Part shown: positions 38,448 through 51,614 of the stretch, piece after piece | Position numbering within the stretch: the first letter of the stretch is position 1 | Layout: every line of letters begins with the position of its first letter | Notes under the pieces: model-generated | Told to the model about the DNA's origin: nothing | The model's input: the letters and a program-made list of their open reading frames with translations, nothing else | The model's database searches: none | DNA from: Amoebidium appalachense | Taxonomy: Eukaryota > Protista > Ichthyosporea | Direction of reading: 5' to 3' | DNA: 64,000 nucleotides | Assembly (NCBI GenBank): GCA_963693365.1 | Contig: CAVNZM010000011.1 | Span: 1,054,001-1,118,000 of the forward strand | Program-made: the position numbers and the translations under genes

Positions 38448-40109
38448 ATGGGTCTCGCCGACAAGTTCATTTGGCACTACTCCGATGTCACCCAGCGCAA
38501 GACACCCGCGCAGGAAGAGCGCGAGCGCAAGTTTCTCGGTCTGGTGCCCTTCCACCGACTGATGCTGCTGCCTGCAGCCGTGCTTGTGCAGCTGTGCGTC
38601 GGCTCCCTCTACGCCTGGTCTGTGTACAACACACCCATCGAGAAGTACATCGCAAATGTCAACGGCAAGACTCCCGCCGACTACCTCAGTTATGCTGCAA
38701 ACACCTTCTACGTAGCTGTGGGCACCTTTGGCCCCTCTGCCGCGCTGTTCGGTCCCTGGCTCGAGCGTGAGGGCCCAGCCAAAGCCCTGTTTCTCTCCAC
38801 CAGCCTCTTCTATGCCGGCAACCTGCTTGCTGCCCTGGCCGTGTGGAAGGGTTGGTGGGCTCTCCTCTACATCGGCTACGGTTTCATTGGCGGCATGGGT
38901 CTAGGTCTCTCCTACATCACACCCGTGTCTCCGCTGCAGAAGTGGTTCCCCGACTACCGTGGTGTTGTGTCCGGTATGGCCGTGTGCGGGTTTGGTGGTG
39001 GGTCGATGATTGCCTCCAAGGCGCAGAACTACCTCATTACTGCCAAAGGCGTGCCCCTCACCTTCATCATTCTCGGAACGGTTTACTTTGTCATCATGAT
39101 GGCCTGCACGTTGGTTCTGCGCACTCCCCCCGAGGACTTTGTTCTGGCCATGAAGGCCAAGCTGGGCGCCAAGTTCGACCCCCATGGCGACGGCCCCGCC
39201 AAGGACACCAGCGCTGGTGCCGATGCCTCCAAGGCCGGCATGGAGAAGGCCGGTGACGTCTCGCATGTTGCTGCCATGGATCTGGACCGCAACGAGCCCG
39301 AGGTGCTGCACGAGCCCGAGATCAAGATGACGCTGATCGAGGCCATGTTCACCACCGACTACCGCCTGATGTACCTGATGCTCATGGCCAACGCCATTGC
39401 CGGTCTCCTGACCATCTCCAAGCTCGCCGATATTTGCCAGCAGCAGTTCGGCAAGGATGCCGACCTGGCCTCCACCGTCGTGTCCGTCAACTCTGGCTTC
39501 AACCTGACTGGCCGTGTGATGATGGGTCTGACCTCGGACTTCTTTGGCCGTAAGCCTCTCTTCATGGTTTCGCTAGCGTTCCAGGCCATCATTGTGTTGT
39601 GCGCCCCCACCATGATCATGAACGGTGCCTTCTGGCCGTACATCATTTGCATGTGGTTCTTGTCTGCCTGCTACGGTGGTGGGTTCGGTCTGATCCCCGC
39701 CTTCCTTGCCGACCAGTTTGGCACCAAGAATATTGGCGCCCTGCACGGCATCATCCTCACGGCCTGGTCGTTCATCGGTGTTGCTGGTGGCCTCACATTC
39801 AACGCCATCTTCAAGAACCAGGTTGCCAAGTACGGCAAGACTTCGCTGAAGGTCTACAACATCAACTACTACTGGATTGCTGCATTCATCTGGATTGGTG
39901 TGATTGTGACCCCCTTCATCCACACCGACGTGCGTGACCGACTTTTCCCCCAGGCCGAGGGCCAGTTCTTCTGCATTCGTGTGGGCAAGCGTCTTCTTCG
40001 GGTGTCCCGGTCAAAGGGTGTCGAATACCTCACCCACCAGCAGGAGGAGGCCGAGTGGCGCGCATTCCTGCTCACCCTCCCCGAGAACCAGCCGGGCTAC
40101 AGGGCATAA
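38448..40109 (+). CDS. MFS transporter, oxalate:formate antiporter / monocarboxylate (OFA, YhjX/OxlT-like) family, copy 1, 553 aa, intronless
   Basis: ATG in CCACCATGG context at 38448; about 12 hydrophobic segments. Motifs GSLYAWSVYN, GYGFIGGMGLGLSYITPVSPLQKWFPDYRG, SDFFGRK, YGGGFGLIPAFLADQFG. Confidence 0.93.
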   Translation: MGLADKFIWHYSDVTQRKTPAQEERERKFLGLVPFHRLMLLPAAVLVQLCVGSLYAWSVYNTPIEKYIANVNGKTPADYLSYAANTFYVAVGTFGPSAALFGPWLEREGPAKALFLSTSLFYAGNLLAALAVWKGWWALLYIGYGFIGGMGLGLSYITPVSPLQKWFPDYRGVVSGMAVCGFGGGSMIASKAQNYLITAKGVPLTFIILGTVYFVIMMACTLVLRTPPEDFVLAMKAKLGAKFDPHGDGPAKDTSAGADASKAGMEKAGDVSHVAAMDLDRNEPEVLHEPEIKMTLIEAMFTTDYRLMYLMLMANAIAGLLTISKLADICQQQFGKDADLASTVVSVNSGFNLTGRVMMGLTSDFFGRKPLFMVSLAFQAIIVLCAPTMIMNGAFWPYIICMWFLSACYGGGFGLIPAFLADQFGTKNIGALHGIILTAWSFIGVAGGLTFNAIFKNQVAKYGKTSLKVYNINYYWIAAFIWIGVIVTPFIHTDVRDRLFPQAEGQFFCIRVGKRLLRVSRSKGVEYLTHQQEEAEWRAFLLTLPENQPGYRA

Positions 40110-40294
40110 TTGGCCCGTATGCGACACCTTAATTCTGTATGTTATTTATCCGCGAAAGCACCTTGTTGCTATGATGTTTGATCATATTCGACATGCACAA
40201 ATATGGCGATTGTGCAGATGTAAATAATATTATTAGTAATGACAGCAGTGCTGAGATACGATAATTATTGATCAAACTTAGCAAATAAACTTGA

Positions 40295-40374
40295 ACATTC
40301 ACTATACACTACTACTGTGCATAGCCTGGCCCCCACATTCACTATACACTACTACTGTGCATAGCCTGGCCCCC
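40295..40374. repeat. Perfect 40-bp tandem duplication
   Basis: ACATTCACTATACACTACTACTGTGCATAGCCTGGCCCCC occurs twice in tandem. Confidence 0.95.
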
Positions 40375-40516
40375 TGCATGTCTTTCACCTTCCCCCCCTC
40401 CCCCCCATCCTCCCCCTTCCCCCCTCCCCCATTCCCCGGTCCCTCCCGCCTCCCCCCCCAGTGGGGCATCCTGTGTTGTGCTGGACGGGTGTCCATGCAA
40501 ACTCCAAATACATCAG

Positions 40517-40607
<91 letters not shown>

Positions 40608-40919
40608 GTGCATACTTGATACCGGTCTTCACTAGTGTGCTGCACAAACACACCGAACTGCTCACACATACACCCAGATGAGCTGGCGAGTACCTAAACA
40701 TTTTGAGCCATAAGCCGAAGTCTACTTTCCTATAACCATGCTCACACGCGCGCACCGGAAAATGACCCGTATTTGTGTGCGCTAACCACTCATCAGCCCG
40801 CAATTTTTTTAGTGTGTGTCTGCCTTCGTGCGCTGTGTGTCGCCATCTGGACATGCATTTGTCCTGAAGCAGGTTTCTAATAAACTTCCGGCCCTTCCCA
40901 TCACCCATAGTCGTCTTAT

Positions 40920-41150
40920 CCTCAACATCCATTTAGATACACATGTTGATCGATGTCGACACTCCTCAACATCCATTTAGATACACATGTTGATCGATGT
41001 CGACATCCATCTATCTATGTCGACATAATACGGGCCACCTACGATATCGATGCCGTCAACCATCAGTTGTTGTTCGATGTCGACATGTGCTTTGCACCCA
41101 CCAATTCTAGAGCGAACACACACCACAACTTGACGTGTATGTCGACATCA
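40920..41150. repeat. 44-bp tandem duplication plus a cluster of ATGTCGACA motifs
   Basis: CCTCAACATCCATTTAGATACACATGTTGATCGATGTCGACA occurs twice (40920, 40964). ATGTCGACA at ~40953, 40997, 41017, 41077 and 41139. Confidence 0.85.
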
Positions 41151-41296
41151 GAGCCTTTTGCGTCAGCCGTTTCTTCCCGAGCCCACTGCTCCTTGGCATT
41201 TGTGTACAATCGAAACACCCTGTCACGGCCATTACATAGCGGTATTTGCTGATTCTCTCTCCCTCCCTCCCTCCCTCCCTTCCTCCCTCCCTCCCT

Positions 41297-41365
<69 letters not shown>

Positions 41366-41468
41366 CTCCCTCCCTCTCTCTCTCCCCTCTCTCTCTCTCC
41401 CTCCCACCCTCTCTCTCTCCCCTCTCTCTCTCCCTCCCTCCCATCCTCTCTCTCTCTCTCGACATATA

Positions 41469-41515
<47 letters not shown>

Positions 41516-41800
41516 ACACCCACCCACCCACACCCACACACACACACACACATATATATTGCTCCCTCTCCGTCTCCTCCCCTTTCTCAAGCTCTCTCAC
41601 ACTCAAGCTACCTGTCTCTCTTTCTCAAAAGCTCTCTTGGTTTCGTCTGTCTCACTCAAGCTCTCTCTCTCCCTCTTTTTCTTCCTGTCTCCCTCGCTCA
41701 CACACACACACACACACCCTATCTCTCCATGTCGCTCTCTCTCTTTCTCTATCTCTGTCAAGCCCTCTCTCAAGCTCTCTGCCACTCAAGGCCTCTTTCC

Positions 41801-41850
<50 letters not shown>

Positions 41851-42251
41851 CTGTCACTCTCAAACACTCTTGCTTTCTTCATCAAGCTCTCTCTCTCCCC
41901 TCTCGCTCCCTCTCTCTCTCCCTCTCCACCTCCCCCCCTCCCCTCCCTCCTCCTCTACCTCTCACTCTCACCCCCTCCCTCTCTCTTTCTCTCTCTCTCT
42001 CTGCCTCTCTCCCTCTCTAAAACACTCTTTCTTTCTTTCTTTATCAAACTCTCTCTCTCCCCTCTCGCTCACTCTCTCTCTCCCTCCCCCCTCTGTCCCC
42101 CCCCCCCTCCCTCCTTCTCTACCTTTCTCTACCTCTCTCCCCTCCCCCTTTCTCGTTCGCTTCTCCTTCCCTCTCTCTCTCCTACCTCTCGCCCCCCTCG
42201 TCCCCCCCCCCCCTCTCCCTTGCCTCCCCCCCTCCCCCCCCTCCCCTCCCC

Positions 42252-42286
<35 letters not shown>

Positions 42287-42561
42287 GTGGTTATGCTCTG
42301 CATGTGTTGCATACTGTGCGCGTTGCAGCTGCATACTGAAAGATTTGCTTTTGCACGTTTCCTGAACGGTGTTTCTCGTCGTGTTGTTTTACGTCTTTCT
42401 GCATCCTTAACCCCCTACCCTTCCTTCCCACGGGCTTTCAAGCCCACGAAGTTAGGCTCTTCATTCATGATCCAGCTCCCTCTTCACCCCAGCTCTCCAA
42501 AACGATTCTGTCTGTTCCTTTCTTTCCTCCTTTCCCCTTAGCCTCCCTGCTCCCGGTCGCT

Positions 42562-42664
<103 letters not shown>

Positions 42665-42737
42665 CGCACGCGCGCACATTCACACATACACGCACACACA
42701 CACACACACACATACACACACACACATACACACACAT

Positions 42738-42816
<79 letters not shown>

Positions 42817-43958
42817 AGCCCCACCCAACCACCGACACCTAAGCCATATTCCACATAACCTCTCCCCTAAAAGAAGAACAACCACCCTCCCCCCTCGCTC
42901 TTGCTTTGTTTATTCTTTTTTTCTCCCCTTTGATTTTTGCTTTTTACTTGAATTTTTGCACTTTCATTCAAAGGATTTAAAAAAACAGGAGGGAAAAACT
43001 TGTGTGCCGTGCGCCAGTTGGTAGAGCTACATCCAGCATGGGTTTTGCCCGTCTGCGTCATTTTATAAAGACCAGGTATGTATTGATACCCCCCCATCCC
43101 CTCCCCCTCCTCCCCCCACCCTCCCCTCCCCCCTCCCCCGTCCACTCTCAAGCGTACCCTCTGTGTGTGTTTCCCAAACGTTTTGCATATTGCCGTTATG
43201 TTATCCGTTGTGAGTTGTACTTCAAGCTGTGCTCATGTATCACACTCTACCTCCCCCTCTCCGAGCTTTATACCCTGTGTGTTCGTTTTTCTCTCACACT
43301 TACTTTGGTTTTTTTACACCCCTCCCCCCCCCCCCCCATGCTCCCGTCCTGCCCCCCCTCCCCCCGCTCGTCTCTCAACTTCCCGTTATGCTCTTGTCGG
43401 ACCGAGATTTCCCCCCCTCAAGAATATTCCTGCCTTGCCCCACTCCTTGCAGCATTAGTGCAACTTGTGACCTACACACACTTGCAATTGCACGAGCGCA
43501 AACACACACACGCCAAATCCCACCTTAAGTCAAGCCATTACACACCCTCACTTTGGTATCACCGACCACGCCACACCATGTACAGGTTTACTCCTGAGGG
43601 AACCGGGGGGTCATGGTTGCACGCTGGTGGCGTCAAGCAAAGACTGCAACATGTTGGCGGCTTTACAGGTGATACTGAGCAAACCACCAGTGCTGTGTTG
43701 GTTGCTAGTGGTGGAATGTTGGGGATCTATGTCGATGTCGAGCCCGATTACATATGCACAATCCTGCTTTGAAGTGTATGATAATACTCGTAGGTAAATG
43801 GTTAGCTATGGGTGTGTTTTGAGGGGAGGAGGTGGAGGGGGGAGGGGGAAGGGGGGGGGGGGAGCAACGAGTTAGTAAAGCGGGGTGATGGTATCGAAAG
43901 GGGTTTGCACAAGCTAAGTAGGCCAGTAATCAGGAGTGGGAAAGGGCGGAGAGGGGGG

Positions 43959-43990
<32 letters not shown>

Positions 43991-44059
43991 GGGGGTCAAC
44001 TTAAGCTTGCAGATTGTTTGTGGCAGCGATGGGGGGGAAACTCGAAGGTGTTTTTCTTT

Positions 44060-44099
<40 letters not shown>

Positions 44100-44621
44100 T
44101 TGTTGTTGTTGTTGTTGTTGGGGGAGGGGAGGGGGGGGGGGGGGGGGGGGGGGAGAGAGGGGGGAGAGGGGGGGGGGGGGAGGGGGGAAGACCCGTCTGT
44201 CTTTGCCCCCCTACACACAGCCCATCCACTGACCACCTTTACGAATGACTGACGGCCCCTTTCTAACCCCCCTCCCCCCCCACACACACACACGCACACA
44301 CACCCCACTTTTTCCCCCCAGCAACCCGATAGCTCATCTCCCCCACCCTTTACAACGTTTTCACCCATTTGATAACCCACCTAGCCCCCCTAGGGCCCAC
44401 TAGAAAACACACACCCAACAGGTGCAAATACAGACATGCTGAGCACGTGCTCTGACAAGCACACATAGAACTTGAAGATGTACACACACATGCAGAAAGC
44501 AAAAAACACATGCATACACACCCGCAAACGTGGCACTTACACACAAAGCACAACCAAGCACACGTTCACTGCACAGATATCATACACACCCAAACACACA
44601 CCGACACACACATACACACAC

Positions 44622-44691
<70 letters not shown>

Positions 44692-44914
44692 ATACACACA
44701 CCATACACAGACAATCACAAGGAAATGAACATAAAGAGAGAGACACCATACGCACACAAACACAAGCAGGCACACACCCGCACACAGAAAAAAGCCAGCA
44801 CACACACACACACACACACACGCACATGCACACACACTCACCACGTACCCGCACACCCACACCCACCCACCCACCCACCCACCCACACACACACACACAC
44901 ATCACACACACACA

Positions 44915-44970
<56 letters not shown>

Positions 44971-45334
44971 GCACACATAAACACACACAGGCACACGCAC
45001 ATACACACACCACCTACCCGCACACTCGTGCACAAGCAAACGGGATACGCTAACACACATTTGTGCAGGGGGGTGTGCACACAGAGACTGGCACAGATGC
45101 ATGCAACCAACCACACTCGTTTCACATACACTTCATATGCCCGGAAGTGAGGAAATACTGCCCACCAAGGTAGCCCGCAAATGATGGACAATAACTCCGC
45201 AGAATACAACATAAGCTGCTTCAATTTATAACGGTAGAACCCCCCTCTTACCTTCATTCCCCCTCCAGCCCCTCTCCCCCTCCCCACCTCCCCTTCCCCC
45301 TCCCCCCCCCCTCCCCCCAAAGCACCACCCACAA

Positions 45335-45366
<32 letters not shown>

Positions 45367-45931
45367 TCCTGCACACACACATACACCTGTGTACGCAGGC
45401 ACACCCGGAGGTAGACACGGAGCACAATGACAGAAACTGAACCACAACACAGATACAGGTGTGTGCTGCCATCCACTCTCCCTTTCACACCTGTCCACTC
45501 ACCTCCCCAACCCTTCGAATTGCGCCTCTGTCACAAGACAGGAATAACATCTACACCGTTGACTGCTACATTCCTGTTTATTTGCAGACCAATATCTGTC
45601 CCATACTCATGCGCCCCCTCCCCCCCCCCCTCCCCACACACACACACACGCACACCCTCCCCTCCTTCACCACAACCACCCACCCACCCACCACACACAC
45701 ACCCACCGTAGTTACTATTCCATTACCCTTTACACCCACAACCTCCTTATGTTCTTCTCACTACTCTGCCTAATCCTGCTTTTCCCCCAAGATCTCAACT
45801 CACAGCTGGTAGCACACACCTAACTCTCCCTAGTCTTTCGGAAACTTTCTCCAACCCAATTTCTCATCAGCCACTACCCAGCGTGACAGACCCCCCCTCC
45901 ACCCCCCCCCCCCCCCCTCTCTCTCTCTCTC

Positions 45932-45965
<34 letters not shown>

Positions 45966-47189
45966 CTGCCGCCCCCGGACTAGCTCCAACAGCACTCACC
46001 CACCCCAGTGGCACCTACCCAATGGCATAGCCACCCACCCATCCACACACCCATTTCCACTCCCCTATGTACCCATTCACATACCCGCCCACCCATAACA
46101 TCCCCTCAACGACCCACCCACCCACCACTCCTACCCACCCAGCCATACAGCCCCTCATGTTCCCACCCACCCACCCATACACCCTTTCATGTTCCCACCG
46201 TGTTATTGTATGTTTACCCCGGCATGTTCTCGTATTTCTTCTGCATCCCCCCCCCCCCTCCCCCCCCCCCCCCCCCCCCCCCCTCCGGCCCCTGTTTTCA
46301 TCATCTTCCACCCTCTGTTCCCGAACTCTAAGCCCTCTTCTCCCACTCTCTGACCCACTAATAACTTTGCTTTCCAGCTTCGATCCCCTGCCTCACAGGT
46401 CAACAAACCAATGATAGGATAATGGCGGACGAGGAAAATACAACGAGCCGGGAGAGGTATCGGGCTGGGCCCGGGGGGGAGAAGGGGGAGGGGGTTGTGG
46501 GAAGGGGGGGAGGAGGGGGGGGGGGGGGGGAGGGCGCTTACAATTGTAGCCTCATACACAGGCACACCATCACATGCACCCTGTCTTGTGCTATGTGCTA
46601 TCAGAGTCACCTTTGCCATCAAGGCTCCTAATATGGCTTGGCTTTGGTCCTGGGTATTGTGGATGGCTTGAGCCGTTCATTGCATGGGCTCTGCATATGC
46701 TGCATAACCTTTTTGGAGGCTTTTGTTGTCAATATATGATTTGACAATGTGCTGTGTCATGAAAGTCATTTTTATTCTTAGCACATATCAGCCACTCCCC
46801 CCTTCCCCCCCCCCCCCCCCCCCACCCCCACCCCCCTCCCTCTTCCCCCCCCTCCCCATCCCACCCCCCCAACCACCACCACCAAAACTCACCGACCCCT
46901 CCCCACCACACACACACACACCGTGCACTTTGTGATATACCCCGATACGCACCTAATTCCCCGAAGATCATTACTCACAGCCCTCTAAGCAACTCATAAA
47001 CCGTATTGTGGCTAATGTCGAAAGCACACAACCTTGCAGTATACACGCACACAGACATTATGTGGGCAGAGGCATGTGGGCGGAGAGAGACTCGCCCATT
47101 AGTCCCATTAGTCCACGTATGGACATGCATGAACATAGAGTCTCGCGTACACAAGTGGTGCACGCTAACATAAAATTGCCCACACACGC

Positions 47190-47270
<81 letters not shown>

Positions 47271-47521
47271 GAGGCTCTCTCTCTCTCTATGAGCTCTCTC
47301 TCCCACTCCCCTCCCCCCTCCCCGGCCCCCCTCTCCCTCTCTCCTCCCTCTTCTCCCCCCCCCCCCCCCCCTTCTCCCCACCTCCCCCCTCTCTTTCCTG
47401 GACTCTCTTTCCACGGCTAGGCTCTCTCCTTTCCTCCCCCTCCCCATTCCCCTTCCTCACTCCCCTCCCCCCCTTCTCCCCTCTCCCCCTCTCTTTCTCT
47501 CTGAACCTCTCTCCCGCGAGC

Positions 47522-47660
<139 letters not shown>

Positions 47661-47777
47661 GCGTGTGCACGCACGTACACAATTCACACAGAGGGAGAGA
47701 GGGGGTGGGGGGAGGCAGAGAGGAAGAGAGAGAGAGAACACATACACGCCCACAAAGTTGAACACATGCACACACAT

Positions 47778-47816
<39 letters not shown>

Positions 47817-49062
47817 GACATCGTGACGAGCGCGCGCGCGCACACACACACACAGGTACACACAAGACAGAGAGAATGGTAGAACCTAACGAGCATCTGT
47901 CAGAGCCTTTAGCTGTGCGCTACCCATCCAGACTAATTTCCGTGTTTCAACATTCGTGTTGTACATTGCCCTCCGTGTCCTTGCATTTCATTGGCCGCAT
48001 GTCATCCAGCACAATATAAACCGACCCAAGATCTTCATAGTTCAAGTCCTTGCACTTCATTCGTCTTTAGCCATATGGATGCAGCATATCTGAGACCACA
48101 GAGATTATCTTATTGTCTTGCGTGCAACAATAATGTCCCATGCAATGCAGCACTATGGTCTATAATTCGTCACATAGCCACCCAACTCCTTGCATTTTCA
48201 TTGGTGCCATGTCACGCTACACCCTTACGTAAGGATTTGAAACCTATAACTTGCATGTGCCCCGTCCCACCACATGCATGCAGACACCCAGCCATTCAGG
48301 TCACCTGCTGCCCTTTCATTATGATTTCATGGAATCTCCAACCCAGCCCCCAGCTGCATGCCCGGGTCCATGCAAATCCCTTACCCACCACCAACCCAAC
48401 CATCATCCACGTACCTTATCGCTCAACACCACCATTGCTGTCAACATCACTTCCTCCCTCCTCAGGCCACGGTGATCCCTCCTGCTTTCACCTTGCCCTT
48501 GCCACGACTGCCCCCCCCCCCCCCCCCCCTCCCCTTCCAACGGCCATCTTGAACAGATAACCGTGCCCCCCCCCCCCCCCCCCCCCCCCCCCGCGCCGGA
48601 AGCTCTGGCCGCTCCCTTCTTGACTTCCTCCCGTGCGTTCAACTCCCTGCATCCTCCCTCCTCCCCCCCCCTCTCCCCCCCTCCCCCCCTTCCTATTTCC
48701 CCCCCTTCACCTGCTTCAAAGAAAATGGAAATATCAATGAATCAGGTGTTAGTAGACGTGCGCGCGAGTGCCACGGACTCTAGGGGCCGAGTACACGTGG
48801 AGAGAAAATTAAAGGGGGGTTCTTTCACGATTTATAGGCCCTTTTTTCCGGGCCAGGCCAAAATGATGTTTGATGCGCACCTCTCCAATCACAAAGGGTA
48901 TAGTGCCAGTTTCGAGCCTGACCCGACCCGGATCCCTTAAAGAAACCCCCCCTAAGAAACTTGATGGGTGGAGGAGGGGGAGAGGGAGGGAGACTAGGTG
49001 AAGGGGGCGGGGGAAGGGGGCACGTGCAGGCACGTGCACACGCACACACATGTTAATACCGG

Positions 49063-49093
<31 letters not shown>

Positions 49094-49192
49094 CGTGTTA
49101 ATACCGGCCACACACACAGACACACACGCACACACGTGTTTATACCGGCCACACACACACACACACACACACATCCACACAATCTGACACAC

Positions 49193-49247
<55 letters not shown>

Positions 49248-49471
49248 ACACGCACACACACACACACACTGCACATATGCACGCGCACACAGACATCACA
49301 TGTAGCCCACATGCACGCACGCACAAAAATATACACACACGTGTACATACACACGTGCACACACACGTGTACTGTACACGTGCGTACGTGTACACACGTT
49401 CAATACACTTTAATACTATGATGATCAGTAAGATTCTTGATATTGGAACGGGGAGTGGGGTAGTAGTAGCT

Positions 49472-49502
<31 letters not shown>

Positions 49503-49718
49503 GGGGGGAGGACCCACCCACCCCTCCCGCCAGCAAGGGGGGTGGGGGGGGGGACCCACCACCCACCTAAGTAGATGGGTTCCTCCCCCCCCTCCCCCCT
49601 CCCCCCTCCCCCCTCCCCCTCCCCCCCCCCCCCCCTCTCCCCCCCTGCCCCCTAAGATGGGGTTGGGGATCCACCCACCCCATAGGCTGCCATCATGTGA
49701 CCATTATACCTAATCATA

Positions 49719-50425
49719 TACTATGGGGTAGCAAGACACAAAATCGATTTGCACACTACTGTTGTAGAGCTATCTGATTAGTTAAAATCAAAAACGTATG
49801 AGCCAATCAAAATCTTTTAACGGGGTTTTTTTTGGCGGGAAATTTCGTGATATCGCGATTCACATCGAAGGCCGTGCGCCGCATCATCATGCATATGGTT
49901 GAGCACACTCGCCACACAGTGTGTATACGTATATACGGCCCGTTCCAGTGTCTGAGTTTTCGCTTCGCTGTTGAAAAATTCATTATTTTCCTGTTTCTGT
50001 TTTCCCACATGTCTCATTGAAATGTTGGCTCGTTTGTACGCGCCATGTCGTCCATGCGCTCTTACGAAAGTGCACTTCGTCCCTTGTCGATCCCCGTTGT
50101 GGAGCTTGCCGTCGTCGTCGGCTGCTGCGCGTGCCACGCTTCAGTGATTCACCGTGGCTCGTGTTTTTTCCTTCCGCCCCACAAGAAAAGTGGTTTATGT
50201 AGTGGATCTTCTCTTTCCTGCTTTTCATTAGCGTTTCAGTTTTTTCTTAACCGAGAGTTGTGTTTGTTTTCAACGGTAATGTTTTTTTTTTTGGAATTGG
50301 AATGCGTGATTTGTAGCGATTGGTTGAAACAGCACCTTGGCTTCATGGTGTTGACCAATAGCAGCTCGCCAAAACCGCAGTAAATCGTCGTGCAAATCGA
50401 TTTTGTGTCTTGCTACCCCATAGTA
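49719..50425. mobile_element. Tc1/mariner-like MITE (TA TSD), 707 bp
   Basis: Perfect 38-bp inverted repeat TATACTATGGGGTAGCAAGACACAAAATCGATTTGCAC at 49717-49754 / 50390-50427, including the outer TA dinucleotides; no transposase ORF inside. Confidence 0.85.
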
Positions 50426-51050
50426 TAAATGTAGCAAAGGATTCAATGCATACATTTCCAAAACGTAAACATCGAGGCTAACTCAGGCTATATGGCGGTG
50501 TACGGTGATTCTTCCCCCCCGCTCCCCCCCCCCGCCCCTTCCCCCCCCCCCTCCTCCCCGCCCCCCTGGCCCTTCTTCTCGCACTCGTCAATCGCCCCAC
50601 CGCGCGTGCACACACACTCGCACACTTTCACACGTATTTTATTCACACGTATTTGTACACGCATGTACCACACACGGCCACGAGGTGCACAAACTTTGAC
50701 CAACAATGAGAACCCGACATACATATGAACATGCTTATAAAAAAAACCCCACCACACACACTAGTACATTCCCTAGGCCTGCCGCACAGATACGCACATT
50801 AGAGGAATACTGCACGGTCAGCACGATACCCTTGTCCCCGATAATTAATTCGCCGTTGCAATTTTTTTTTGTTTGTTTGTTTTATCCCGTTTTGTTCCCG
50901 GAGAGACCCCTTGGGGCCCTCACGGGGAACTATCATCTTCCACCCAGCACCGACAGTACTCTAGCTAGGGTGCTACGGTATTATTAGCTAAGCTAACACA
51001 CCTTTAATAATCCTAACTCTTTGCACACACTTAGCCCAAGGCATTCACCC

Positions 51051-51133
<83 letters not shown>

Positions 51134-51446
51134 CGCGCGTTATGCGCGTGTGGGCGCGCATGCGTGCACGTGTGCACGCGCATCGATATATATTACTATG
51201 ATATATATTGCTTGTGTAAATGAACAGGTTGACTCAGATGAAGTGGGGCAGAAGAGGGAAGGATTTACGAGGAGCGGGAGGAGCGTGGGGGGAGGGGGGG
51301 GGGGGGGGGGGGGGGGGGTCGTTAGGAAATGTTATAGAGCATACTGGCAGCACACATTTGAGGCGGACAGCACACAGCAGACCTTGCAACGAACACACAA
51401 AAGTCTGCATCCGGCTGAAGAAGAGCACCAGCACGAAGAAGTGGGA

Positions 51447-51577
<131 letters not shown>

Positions 51578-51583
51578 CACTGT

Positions 51584-51614
<31 letters not shown>

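Noticed and set aside
48720-48940. Short ORF or TTAA-bounded element end
   Set aside because: No domain similarity recognised and no convincing partner TIR found.
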